The position numbers were made by a program, and so were the translations under genes. A stretch of 64,000 nt of DNA from Macrostomum lignano. Lineage: Eukaryota. Location: positions 314,839 to 378,838 of the forward strand of contig NIVC01001020.1 of the NCBI GenBank assembly GCA_002269645.1, given 5' to 3'. Positions within the stretch are counted from its first letter, which is position 1, and each line of letters opens with the position of its first letter. The notes under the pieces are model-generated. The model was not told the origin of the DNA, did no database searches, and saw nothing but the letters and a program-made list of their open reading frames with translations. Positions 22,797 to 35,318 of this stretch are shown piece after piece.

Positions 22797-23681
22797 GCTT
22801 TTGAATGCAGAATCTGATGCAGTCTGTCGACCTGCTTCCAGTCTTCGATTTCCAGCTGCGAGCTATGCAGCGCTTTTAAGACTTTTCGCGTTTTTTTTTC
22901 CAACGACATTTCGTGACATTCGCTATGCATTGTGAACCCAAACTGACTGCTAAAAAAAGCGTTTGCTTAAACCTTGGTGTTCGCGTGACTTCAAGCGCGA
23001 CTCCAGCCAAACTCACACGCAGTTTCTGACTGACTGCATCAGGCGTTGGAAGCTCGTGGGCACAGGAAGAAAAGTTTTTTCTTCTCTGAAAATCATTGAT
23101 AGTAAATTTCAGAATTCTGTTTGTACTTTTGTGTCCAATATTGTTTAGTCAGTGAGAGAACAGTGGAAAATACATGTAGCAATGCAGCATCAGCGCGACT
23201 CTCAGAGCATCGAAGGCCTATTAAAACCTGATCCAACATAAATAATTAAATTAACAACAAATCAGAGATCCATAAGTATCCACAGAGATCCACAGTCCGG
23301 CTGCATGTCTGCATGGTTCCAGTTTGTCTTCCAAGTTCTTTTAGGGTAATTTAATTAGAAAATCTGGAACCTGCTTAATGTTTTCATCTGTCTTAGGACG
23401 TCGCAAATATCTTCTCAGATGATCACTCATCGAATGCCATCTCCAGAAACGAGCTTGCTGGGGGCATATATTATCAGTATTAAACCTTCTGAGCCCGTCA
23501 GACTGCAAGCACACTTCAGCAAATTCCATACTGCCTGGAAACTACAGCTGAAGTCACAGCAACAGGCAACTGAGTTGCTGAGTAGATTTTATGGCTTAAA
23601 AGTCATGTGCAGAGAGCTTTTTATCAAACGAGACCAAAGCAACTATGTTTAGTAAATGAAGCTGGGGCCGCAGGCGGGCCA

Positions 23682-24179
23682 TCACTTTCTATTCTCATTC
23701 TCCAGCTCCTTCATGTACAGCGCAAACAGCGGCGGCGACATCTGGATGTCGATGTTAGGCTGGCGCAGTCGCACCGCTCTGGGATGCTGCGGCAGCGGGT
23801 AGGGCCCGAAAATCCTCAGAGTGGTGTACTTTGAGGAGTCCTCGCCAGCCGTCCAGCCGATGTGGATGTAGTCGCCGTACAACAAGTTGTACCACCTGCT
23901 GTGCACCCTGTACGAGTTCACCAGAGTGCCCGAGATGCTGTGATCGTAGTACCACATGGTGGTCCCGGAGTCGTCCCGGTGCAGGAAGATGAAGCCGTGG
24001 TAGCGGCACACCCGCGTGTCCTCAACCAACATGAGGTCGTTCTCGCGGTCGCTGCCGATTCGGTACACGGAGTCGTAGAGCTCGAACACAAAGTCGGGGA
24101 ATATTCGAGGACAGAGATTGCGCGGCTCCAGCATGCCCCAGGGGCGCCTGACGCCGTCCTGCTGCTGCTGCTGCTGCAT
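23682..24179 (-). CDS. Stand-alone FHA-domain protein, 165 aa, with degenerate phosphothreonine-binding residues
   Basis: PWGML...YRIGSDRENDLML...VCRYHGFI...DHSISGTLVN...LLYGDYIHIG follows the FHA pattern; single exon. Confidence 0.75.
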   Translation of the reverse strand: MQQQQQQDGVRRPWGMLEPRNLCPRIFPDFVFELYDSVYRIGSDRENDLMLVEDTRVCRYHGFIFLHRDDSGTTMWYYDHSISGTLVNSYRVHSRWYNLLYGDYIHIGWTAGEDSSKYTTLRIFGPYPLPQHPRAVRLRQPNIDIQMSPPLFALYMKELENENRK

Positions 24180-24277
24180 ATCACCTTGGCATTGCTTAGT
24201 AATAGAATGATTAGTGCGCTATGCAGGACGGAAGCCACTATTATATCATTGTTGAGGTGATTTTTAAGTCCTTCAAT

Positions 24278-24469
24278 CAAGGAGTTCTATAAGTAGCAAT
24301 CTGGAGTGGAAACGAGTTTTTCAGTTTTACCTCATGAGGCCAGACTAGCATAGACAGAGTCAGACAGAGCCATAGACATTCAGTGCTGGCTCCTTATTCT
24401 TTACAATTGGCGTGGCCTCATGAGGTAAAACTCGCTTCCGCTCCAGATAGCTAATTGTAGAACTCCTTG
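24278..24469. mobile_element. MITE with CAAGG termini and 8-bp TSD (P-element-like)
   Basis: ~55-60 bp imperfect TIRs (CAAGGAGTTCTA...TTTTACCTCATGAGGCCA); TSD CCTTCAAT/CCTCCAAT. Confidence 0.85.
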
Positions 24470-25327
24470 CCTCCAATGAAGCCGGATCTTTTACACCTTG
24501 GATGTCTATGGCCAAAACACGAAAAGCAACTTAGAAGCCGAGTGTAATTCATAATACGCCTAACGCACAATATATCAATAATCTTATAATAACAATATAT
24601 GTAATTTCATACAGTACTTTAATTGACCTTTGACGCCCGCTCGATCTGAACTGCTGCTCACTTTTACTCAAAACCTTTAACAGTTCTGTACCTTTGTAGA
24701 TGTCAAAAAGAACGCCTATGAAAACAGTCCCCCTCGGAGAATACGAGCTACAGCTGTAGTTGAATATCTTGACGGCCTGGAAGGCTTCCGAAGTGATTCC
24801 AAAAACAATGACCCTTTCATTGACTCCGATTCGCAACCCCCAAGGAGTCGTCACGGGACCAAATCCGAACGGTTATGAAAAATAGTCAAAAATGCAGACA
24901 GTGAAATCGAACTCACGACCGTAGACTAGAGCAAACACGGAGTTCCGCCAGGCGGCGCCTCTGCGCAGAGTTGCCAGTGCAGGCGACTCATCGGCTTTCG
25001 CCCACAGGAAGAGCCGCAGAAGCAATCAGACCTGTACTGCACGCCGAAGCATGGCGAGCCCCTCTGAGATCAGAAGCTGCTGCAAAACTCGTGCGACATC
25101 CTGCTGCTGATCTTTTTGGAGCAGCCGAAGCAGGCGAACTGAGTGACCGCACCGCACCGGCGACTGTACGGGCAATGATAGCAGAGTTCTTGCGGGACAT
25201 TTGGTACCTTTTGCTGTTGGCGAAGGCTGCTCAGCTACCTGCTTTATACTCACCACAACTAAAGGCACATTGTTGCAGACACTTCTGGTTGTACTACTTA
25301 TAGTAGCAAACCTGAGCATAAACTATA

Positions 25328-26027
25328 GGTTGTAGCCTTAGTGCGGAGTTGTAGCCTAGTAGGGGGTTGTAGCCTAGTGGGGGTTGTAGCCTAGTGGGGG
25401 TTGTAGCCTAGTGGGGGTTGTAGCCCAGTGGGGGTTGTAGCCCAGTGGGGGTTGTAGCCTAGTGTGGGTTGTAGCCTAGTGGGGGTTGTAGCCCAGTGGG
25501 GGTTGTAGCCTAGTGGGGGTTGTAGCCCAGTGGGGGTTGTAGACTAGTGGGGGGTTGTAGCCCAGTGGGGGTTGTAGCCTAGTGAGGGGTTGTAGCCTAA
25601 TGGGGGTTGTAGCCTAGTGGGGTTGTAGCCTAGTGGGGGTTGTAGCCTAGTGTGGGTTGTAGCCTAGTGTGGGTTGTAGCCTAGTGTGGGTTGTAGCCTA
25701 GTGGGGTTGTAGCCCAGTGGGGGTTGTAGCCTAGTGTGGGTTGTAGCCTAGTGGGGGTTGTAGCCCAGTGGGGGTTGTAGCCCAGTGGGGGTTGTAGCCC
25801 AGTGGGGGTTGTAGCCTAGTGGGGGTTGTAGCCTAGTGTGGGTTGTAGCCTAGTGGGGGTTGTAGCCCAGTGGGGGTTGTAGCCTAGTGGGGGTTGTAGC
25901 CCAGTGGGGGTTGTAGACTAGTGGGGGTTGTAGCCCAGTGGGGGTTGTAGCCTAGTGGGGGTTGTAGCCTAGTGGGGGTTGTAGCCTAGTGGGGGTTGTA
26001 GCCTAGTGAGGGGTTGTAGCCTAGTGG
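25328..26027 (+). repeat. 17-bp minisatellite (GGGGGTTGTAGCCTAGT), ~40 copies, continuous with SINE 5' end
   Basis: The last unit runs straight into GGTTAGAGCGTGGGACTC of the SINE head. Confidence 0.97.
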
Positions 26028-26223
26028 TTAGAGCGTGGGACTCACGACTTGAGGGTCAGGGGGGGGGGTTAGATTCTCGAACCACTCGGAACAATATCCG
26101 TCCTTGAGCAAGACACTTAACTCTGCATTGCTTCAGCTCACGCAGCTGTAAAATGGGTGCCAGTATTGACATGTTATTTGAGGGGAGTGGCGACCCCCAG
26201 TCCTTGGACTGAACAGGCATACG
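26012..26223 (+). mobile_element. Second copy of the CORE-like tRNA-SINE (B box degraded)
   Basis: Matches the reverse complement of 1835-2072: GTCCTTGAGCAAGACACT, CAGCTGTAAAATGGGTGCCAG, CCCAGTCCTTGGACTGAACAG. Confidence 0.88.
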
Positions 26224-26504
26224 AGATTCGCCGCGAAATAGCTGCGGTTGAGCTGTCGGTTGCACATCAATAAAGAATTGAGCAGAACGATTACTGCATT
26301 TGCTCACAGTATTTGATGATATTTTTGTCACCTTTGTATTTTTATCAAGATTAGTGTTTTTCAGTTTGTTGGAATTTGTTTAGAAAAATCTTTTCAAAGA
26401 GATAGATTTGGACTCTGGTAGTGTGAATCAATCCATTCCGCTATCTTGGATGCCCTTAAGTATCTAAATATTGCAGTTTGACAATTAATCAATAGTAATT
26501 CCAG

Positions 26505-27534
26505 CGTCTTGTTACAAAACCAGCATCTCGAACTCCATCAGTGAGTATAGTAGTAGCCGAAATACAAGCTCCAAATGACACCCTGAGCATAGGGATCTCC
26601 AGTGGCCTTAGAGGCATCTCTGTAATACTCATTCGGGTGCGTGCAGTGGCAGGCGGTGAACCACCAGGCTCCGTGAAAAATCACTGCGCAGTTACAATCA
26701 GAGCAAGTGTCGTGATCGGCGTCCTTTGTGGTGAACTGCTGCCCGTTTAGAGCAGAAAAGCAGTCGCCGATGCCGGCGCTGCCGGAGAAGCCGGACACGC
26801 TCAGCCGGTAGTTGTCGGACTCGGGACCCACGGAGAAGCTGGAGTACTCAGCCCAGTGCTCAGAGCCGTTCCAGGCTTTCATGAGAAACCGCACCTTGTG
26901 ACTTCCATGCTGCGTGATTTCGTGAAGAGCGTTCAGACCTGAAGTAGCAATTGCCAAGCCATTAGCAGTAGGCATTTGAACATGCAGATATTTTAGTCTG
27001 TACAATAGCTCTAATAGGTCACAACTTTTTGGTCCTCACCGATCCAGTAGTTTCCGTCGGGTCCCTCGCCGAACTCGCTCTGGTACTGAGTCCAGTTGCG
27101 GTAAAAGTCCACTGAGCCGGACACCCTGTGCTGCACGGTGGTCCAGCAGTCACTGCCGGCTGTCTGCAAGGAGACGTCACGCATTCTAAATGAAGGCATT
27201 CGAAGAAGCAACGAAGAGCTAATTCAGTATCTTACCCATAAACCACGCGGAGCTGCCTTGTTTAAACTGCGCGGCACTTCCTGCAGTGGCTCAGGCCCAG
27301 GCGACACCTGAAGTGAGCGCACAGTCCGGAGCTGGCGTTGAACGCTGGCAGCAGCTGAGCACTCAATTCTGGACCGGACCGAGAACGATTTGACAACTTC
27401 GTAATCGGAGAGGCTCTCGTCGCTTGCCCACCAACCGACTCGGAGGAAGCTGCGTCAGACGCGCCAATGCGACCTGCGGCTAGCAGTAGAAGCATGAGAG
27501 CATTGAAGTTTTGCAACTGCATTTCTCTTTTCAT
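26505..27534 (-). pseudogene. Secreted fibrinogen-related (FReD, ficolin/FREP-like) gene with in-frame stop and terminal frameshift
   Basis: Exons 27236-27534 (signal peptide, Cys-rich, TAA at 27262), 27040-~27185 ([18 protein letters not shown]...NYWIG) and ~26505-26938 (FTTKDADHD...NCA...GAWWF). The terminal YSLMEFEMLVL lies in another frame. Confidence 0.85.
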
Positions 27535-29116
27535 TGCGCTGCCCGAATGAAAGTAAAAGCTACCTTGGCTGACACTGCTTTCTTGCTTGTTTTCATCTTT
27601 TATGGCAATTTAACACAAAGCGTGAAAGCCACTGCAAAGACACCGACTGTTGATTGACAAGTCTGTTGTTGCGGATGCAACAAGCAGGAAGTCTTATTCA
27701 TGGTTTGAGACCATTGTTTGGGCGGCTGGCCTGACTCACTCACCTAAGCTTGGCTCCGCTATATATCGCGATGGCTTCTCTGCTTCCTGCGTCTTTGCTG
27801 GAAGAAACTTTCTTGCAGTCAGGAAGGCCAGCAAACTGTGGTTGAAAGAGTCTCCGAATCAATAATAATGGCATTGTCGCTGCAATGAGCTCACCTGAAT
27901 GGTGTTCCCTGTTTAGTGGAAAAAACTCTGCAAACAGATTTTTTTCTGAATCTTTGCTTTTTAAAAGCAAGGTCGAAAGCACATCAAATGTGAGGAGTCA
28001 GTTTTAGTCAGACTCCAATGGCGAGTGGTTCCTCACTATGACGGTCTGTCCTGACTCGGCAACAGACTCAACTACCTCGGTCCTGACTCGAACTTCTCTG
28101 CGCTTCAGACTTGGCTGTCCGACAATCTCGGCCAGCTCGTATGGGAACTGAAGAATTCAGTTTGTCCGAGCTACAAAGCTCAGCCCCCTGATTTCTCTGG
28201 ACCCACGTTGCGACATCCCAGATCTTCGTTACACCACATCAACAGATTCTCGATGTTGAATCTAATAAGTACCTACTTTATATCACTTTACTACAAATGT
28301 ATTATTGAATATATTTAGAAACTTGGTAGCGCGGATTATCCCGAAGGTTTCTGCATTAATTGATCATCTGTTTTGTGAGTTGGGAGAATTAAAATCTGAC
28401 ACTACTTATACAGTAGTAACATGTGGCACAAGTATCTCCAATTGAGCATTGCATTCAATTCATTCATTCAAGGCTGCTTGCCTTCTCCTATAGTAGAATT
28501 TGATTGCCATCATGTGCGCTTCCATCTGACATTTATCCCAGCTATGTATTTGCCAAGTTTGTCAAGACTGATAGATCAGGGCGTGGGAAAGGGAGTCGAG
28601 GGTGATCAGACATTATCGCAACACTGGAATTGCTGGCCCCTTCAGTTGGGCTGAATTTCAAAAACACACCATCTCTGACAAAATATTTGACTGATTAGTC
28701 AGTTCAATTGTTTGAAAAAGAACCTACTTCACGAACACTTTTTGGCATATTGTCACAACATTTTTGACAACGTGACATTAAAAGACAGCTATAATTAGGC
28801 ACAAAATCTTTCATCTAAACTTTTTGTCTCTTAGGAAGCCAATCAAAAGACAATGGCTTGCATCTCAATCATTCATCGGTTGTCATTTGTGTTGCTGTGT
28901 GCAAATTCTTTTAGCAACAGCTCTCAAGCTTCTCAAGCAGCGAGAGTTGCTCCAGCTGGGAGGGCAGGCTGAATTTTCGCCTTCCCATTGTTGAATTGCT
29001 TGGGCTGGCGTTTCTACCCATCCAGGCCTTCAGAATCAGGAATATGAGCCTTCGCAGAAAACGCGCTTAGGATGGAATTGATTTTGAAATTCTGCAGCAA
29101 CTCCAATCTCAAAACA

Positions 29117-29714
29117 ATGCAGCCAACTGTAGCAATTTTCTTCTTAGCTGTCTTCGTCTTCGGGACGGGCGCAGCCGCAGCGGAGGCCCTCCGGCCGGTT
29201 GCGCAATTTGTTGCGACCAGAACGGGCAGCGCTGTTGCTCCGTTGGAGTTTCTGGCTCAGAACGGACCCAACTTGATCAGCTGCGGCTTCGTGTGCAGCC
29301 TGAGGTCGGGCTGCTTGGAGAGTGTCGGCTGTTCAACTTGCAGGCGTTTTCCACTACCAGCTCCTGGGTCAGCGTGGAGAAGAGCGATGTGTTTGTTCTG
29401 CGTAACTGGAACTTATTTTCGGCACGATCTTACGTCAACAATTGCGTTTCGAAACAAAAGCTACAAAAACGCACTTCATTTCAGCCGTTTCAAAGCTTTC
29501 AATCGCCAGCTGCATCCAGTCGAGCAATAAAAGCGCCAGCAGAGGCTGCGAGAAGGCTTACGACGGCAACACTCGCGCTGTAATGACGGGGGAGTCCTGC
29601 GCCAACACGCAACTCGATTCCAACTCGTGGTGGGAGGCCGTCCTGACCGCTCCGTCCGTCGCGTCTTACGTCACCATTTACAACCGGCAGGACTGCTGCC
29701 CATGGAGGTTCAAC
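29117..29714 (+). pseudogene. PAN-like + F-type lectin copy 3; 19-bp deletion, truncated lectin domain
   Basis: Signal peptide and AVAPLEFL...SCGFVC homologous to copies 1 and 2; frameshift at ~29312; exon 2 similarity ends after YNRQDCCPWRFN. Confidence 0.85.
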
Positions 29715-30094
29715 TTTTCTTTCTTGAAATTCCTTCAGAAAAAGTAGGAGAGTCAAAAGTTGTTTATTGGTAGTCGTATTGAGGAGAGTTTGACTATAGA
29801 TGTACATCCTTCATAACCCATGTCCCATTACAATATTTCTGAGTTTGAATAAATGGAACTTGATTGACCAGCCTCATAAAGCCGATGTCAAATTAAGTGG
29901 CAGAAGGGAAAAAGAAGATCGAATTCTCTGAATTTCTTCTTGATAAAACGTTTAGAAAACTTGGAAAATAGCAGCAGGTGATTATGACACAGACATTCGA
30001 ATCTAGATGTTTATCTTGTAACCCACTTGTTAATTAGTATGGTATTTCACTGGGCATTCGGTGATCCAACACTGAATTTCTCAGAATTCCTCGA

Positions 30095-30922
30095 TCAGAA
30101 GAAGCCGTAGGCCATGAACTCGCAGATTGTCAGAGCCTGTGGCGGGTCGCTGCGAGCCACAACTCGGACCCGAGAGCCGAAAGCGCCGCAGGTGAAGTTG
30201 GCCACGGAGAACGGAGCGCTGAGCCTCACCTGATTGCACACGGACCCGTCAACAAGCAGGTCGAACTTGTTGAGCCTCTCAGCGCAGCAGTCCTGCCTGT
30301 TGTGGATGGTGACGAAGGACAGAGACGGGGCGGCGAGGCCGGCCTCCCACCACTCGCTAGCATTGAACTGAGTGTGAGAGCAGGAGTCGGACCACAGAGA
30401 CTGGCTCGTGTTACCGTTGATAGCTCTGTTGCATGGGTAGAACCATGTCGGACTGGTTGAGCTCTGGCTGCAGTCCGCAACCGGCAGCTTCTTGAAATCT
30501 GATCGAGAGACAATAAATGTATCTACTCATAAGATACAATCAATGAGTTTACAGAAGCTGTTGTTATATTAACAAAAAAGAACCAAAGTGAGCGAAAGCA
30601 CCAGAAACGCACCCAGCACGAAGACGTCGCACTTGCCGGTGCTGACCCAGGCGCTGGCATCGTAAAACGCCTGCAGGTCGAACAGCCGACACGCTCCGAG
30701 CAGCCAGTAGAAGCCGAAGCAGCCCAACCTGTGGCTGCACATGAAGCCGCAGCTGCGCTCGCTGAGTCCGGGCTGCGATAGAAACTCTGGCGGAGCGACA
30801 GCGCTGCCCGTCCTGGCCGCGGTGAACCGGACAGCCGGCCTGGGCACCTCCGCAGCTGCGACAGCCAGAAGCGCTGCGAGACCGCAAAGGAAACTTATCC
30901 AGATGATGATGTTTGACTGCAT
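30095..30922 (-). CDS. PAN-like + F-type lectin copy 2, intact two-exon gene
   Basis: Exon 1 is 30613-30922 and exon 2 is 30095-30498 (phase 1). Protein ...CSHT...WWEAG...HNRQDCCAERL...LTICEFMAYGFF*, with the fucose-binding His and R-x-D-xxxx-R motif intact. Confidence 0.9.
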
Positions 30923-31782
30923 CCTTGAAGTGCTTTGTAGCGTTTCAGTTGCCCAGTTGATTTTTCAGGCAAAGTAATCTAATGTGCGGCAATCCAGTCT
31001 CAACTGCAGCAGGTGAAATTCGGATCATTCCACTTGTAAAACGTCTCTTTAAATACCATGTCAGTAGAGTTTCTGATTAAAGTGATGGTGAGTCACTAAC
31101 GCAAGCTAATGGCTTGCTAAACACATCAGGAGTTGACAGTTTTGGTAGTGTGAGCTAGCAGCGTCGGTCGGCTTCAATGTTGGACTGGCAAACTAAAAGT
31201 TATAAGCTTCATTTCTCTGCAATTTGCTTTTAGTCGATGCGGACACGAGACAGCTGGTTCTCACTGTGCAGCTGTAAATCAGGCCTTTCCTTCCACATGC
31301 TTTCAGCTAGCAATGCAATTATTATTTTTCTAACAGGCAGGGGGGTTGTGTGCACCCCCTGCCTCTAATGGCTACGGCCCCCCCCTCTAGCAATGCAATT
31401 ATAGGGAGTAGTTTAATTCCCTAAGCGATTTTGCGTGACTGACACATTTCCAGCAACCGAGATTGTCAAAGTTTGCCACAGACTGGGAGTACTATTGCAT
31501 CGCATAGCTTTTTATCAGAGACAACTAATGTATAGGTACTTTATGCAGATCGAGGTACCGCTTATTGAGGATGCTTGTCCAGCGTGGAGACAGCATTTAT
31601 TGCATATGGTACTGCTGCTTCTGAATTACTTCTGAGGTGAAGCACACGATGCATTTTTAGTAGCCGCAGAATGCCTGCAGTAGTATAATACGCGTACATG
31701 TGTACAATTTACATGCACCCAGCAGAGATCTTATATCTTATTTAGCAAGCGGAAAAAAAGAAAGCGAAACAGCACAACAGCA

Positions 31783-32249
<467 letters not shown>

Positions 32250-33365
32250 TAAGGCGCGGACGCCCATTCCGCTAATCCTTGAACGGCAGGTAGGGATTTA
32301 GAAAATTTTGAACGGGGGGCGCAGATACTAAGGTACATGCATATGCAGAACACGATAATGTGTATATTTTTTCCATGTAAAAAATTAAAAAATTCTAACT
32401 CGACGGGGGGCGTGCCCTATGCGCCTTCCCCCCTAAGTCCGCCACTGCTAAACGGACTACTACGAGTACTACGCACTCGTGCCTACGTACAATTGCAAGC
32501 TCAATTAATTTAATATACATGTACATGTATGTAGACATCGACGACATGGGTCGAGCATTATTGCTGTACTGTAGCTGCTACTACCTGCATTTTTTCATAG
32601 CGAACGCAGACTAGCTGCCGACTTCAATTCTAATGTCAATTTGAACCAATAAATCGGCAACCACTTGTACAGGTACGCCGCTCAGTTTACGTACGCTCGC
32701 TGTGACGCTTCCCTTTTAGCGCTTTCGTGCGTAAAATTCGTTTTCTCTTGTGTTAACACAGTTAAGCAAAACTTAAGTACAATTCTCTTTTGAAACGTAT
32801 GTTGTAAAAAATAACTTGATAAATGCATTTTTATATTATTTCTGAAACAAAAAATTTATTGAAATTCTAGTTGCAGAAGCTGGAAACAAATAACACCGTG
32901 ACTGCCTGACTGACCCGGGCGGTAGTAGGCCAAAAATAAATTTATACCTAGTTACCGTCAGGCGCCATTTCTATATAGCACATCACTCTACCTAAGTGGG
33001 TTTCACTTCACTTCACGTCAGCTATGAGCTATTCCATGGATGTGATTATGGATTGTTGCTTGATGTTTTTTAGCAAAGTGCCGATGTAGTGTTCGGCGTT
33101 CGCCAGTAAATATCAGGATTCAGGGTGCGCCATCGCCAGTATTATGTCAGAACATAGCTTTGAGTCCTGAGATAAATTTTGTATGCCTGCAGGTCATGTC
33201 ATGCACTATGCTATGGCCAATACTGGGCAATGGGTCATCATAGCCTAGTGATTCTTCTAGGGGCCTATCCAAGTCATAGGGCCTAATCCCTTGGCTTTAA
33301 TTATATATAGGGCCTATATATATTAAGACGCAGAGGGGAGGCCCCTTGCGCGCAGGCGTTCACAG

Positions 33366-33674
33366 AAGGCAATGGCTAGAGTTCCGGCACTGGAACCCAT
33401 TTTCTAATGTCTACAGATCCGGCAATGCCATTATAGGGCCTAATATAGATAGAACATTATATTTTTCTTTCTATAGTATAGGTGGCTGATATTGAGATTT
33501 TGTTCTAGATTAAAATTTAAGATGATATGATAAGATTCGGGATAAGATGCTTCTAATATTCAGACTTCTTAAGATATGTTCTTCTTAGCAGTCTTTATAT
33601 GCTTCTATACAGCACTGCCGGATCCCTAGCTGTTAGAAAACGGGTTCCGGTGCCAGAATTCTAGCCATTACCTT
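33366..33674. mobile_element. MITE-like element with ~62-bp imperfect TIRs
   Basis: GGCAATGGCTAGAGTTCCGGCACTGGAACCC... versus reverse complement GGTAATGGCTAGAATTCTGGCACCGGAACCC...; no clear TSD. Confidence 0.7.
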
Positions 33675-34529
33675 TGCAGAACAGGCGGGAGGGCAGGCAG
33701 CAGCAGCCTGAGGCGAGGGGTTTTGGCTTTAATGCCAAACCACAAAGCTATTTTGAATATCTAACCTAGGCCCAACCTAGCCAATTTTAGGGGCGCATGA
33801 CCAAGACCGCCACACACCAAGACCGCCACAGCTCTTACTGGCTACTGGAATTGAGGGGGAGCTACCAATCTTCCAGCATTGCTATTGGTTGTGATGGGTT
33901 GTGGAGTTAGATGAGGAAGAAGCGTCCCAAGATTGGTCAGGAATAAGATGAATAATTAAGTGGCCCAAAACGATTGCAAGTCAACAAGGGCAATTTTAAA
34001 AATATCTTTAACAAAAGCACAATTTGTTACTTTTAGCAGTGGATGAGCATGAATAATGCTTTTGAGAGCAAAAGCTTGAGTAATTAATTTTAACTTCACT
34101 TTCAAAAAGCCTCTCAAAAGTTCAATTGCAAGTTGCTGTAATTTGAAAAGTTTTTTTACGAGCTCGCACGATTATTTGAGTGTATATTCGGCGTCTGGGT
34201 GCGTCTAGTGCATTATTACGGACAAACAAATCTAGCGGCTTGATATTGTGCTATGGTACGTGGATTTAGAGGTGCCATTCATTTTGACGAAGGTTTACAT
34301 GTACTTTGACGAAAGCAAGTTAACCACTATCGTTCACTCACATAACAGAAAAAGCGCATCTTAGGCCCAATGCCTATGAGAATGTCTGTGTAAATGTACG
34401 AGCATTATTGTGTGTATTTTATTGTGTACTCAAAGCCGAGAATTTTGGTGAAAGCAAAGGGAGGGGATGAGAGTAAATGTACATGCACATGTAATTTGAG
34501 AGAATATATGGATCCGGGGGTTAGGAGAT

Positions 34530-34544
34530 CTCTCACTCTCTCAC

Positions 34545-34586
<42 letters not shown>

Positions 34587-35090
34587 TCTTTAACTCACTC
34601 TCTCACTCACTCACTCACTCACTCTCTCTCTTTCTCTCTCTCTCACTCACTCACTCTCTCACCCTCACTCCTATATTCTCGCTTTCTCTCTCACTACTCT
34701 CTCTCACTCACTCACTTACTCACTCACTCACTCACTCACTCACTCTCTCACTCACTCACTCACTCACTCTCTCTCTTTCTCTCTCTCTCACTCACTCACT
34801 CTCTCACCCTCACTCCTATATTCTCGCTTTCTCTCTCACTCACTCTCTCTCACTCACTCACTTACTCACTCACTCACTCACTCACTCACTCTCTCACTCA
34901 CTCACTCACTCACTCTCTCACTCACTCACTCACTCACTCACTCACTCTCTCACCCTCACTCCTATATTCTCGCTTTCTCTCTCTCTCACTCTCTCTCACT
35001 CACTCACTCACTCACTCACTCTCTCACTCACTCACTCACTCTCTCACCCTCACTCCTATATTCTCGCTTTCTCTCTCACTTTTAATGCTA
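34530..35090. repeat. Compound (CT)n/(CTCA)n microsatellite with a recurring ~35-bp spacer
   Basis: CTCTCACCCTCACTCCTATATTCTCGCTTTCTCTC recurs four times. Confidence 0.95.
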
Positions 35091-35318
35091 TATTTCTTGA
35101 TCAAAAACTATTTAAGCTCCGATATCAGAAAACCAGTTTTTATTATATAGATATGCTAATCTAATACAGTTATACATAAACAGAAAATTCAAAATTCGGG
35201 GCCCGTATCAGTGGGGGGGGGATAACTGCTATTTGATGAGCGCCCAGCCAATGAGAGTTCTGGAATTTTTGGAAGAGCGATCAATCCACTGCCAAAAATA
35301 AATTTTATGGTAAAAAAT

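Noticed and set aside
24549-25319. Several ~100-aa ORFs
   Set aside because: Could be exons, but I could not establish a motif or consistent splice structure.
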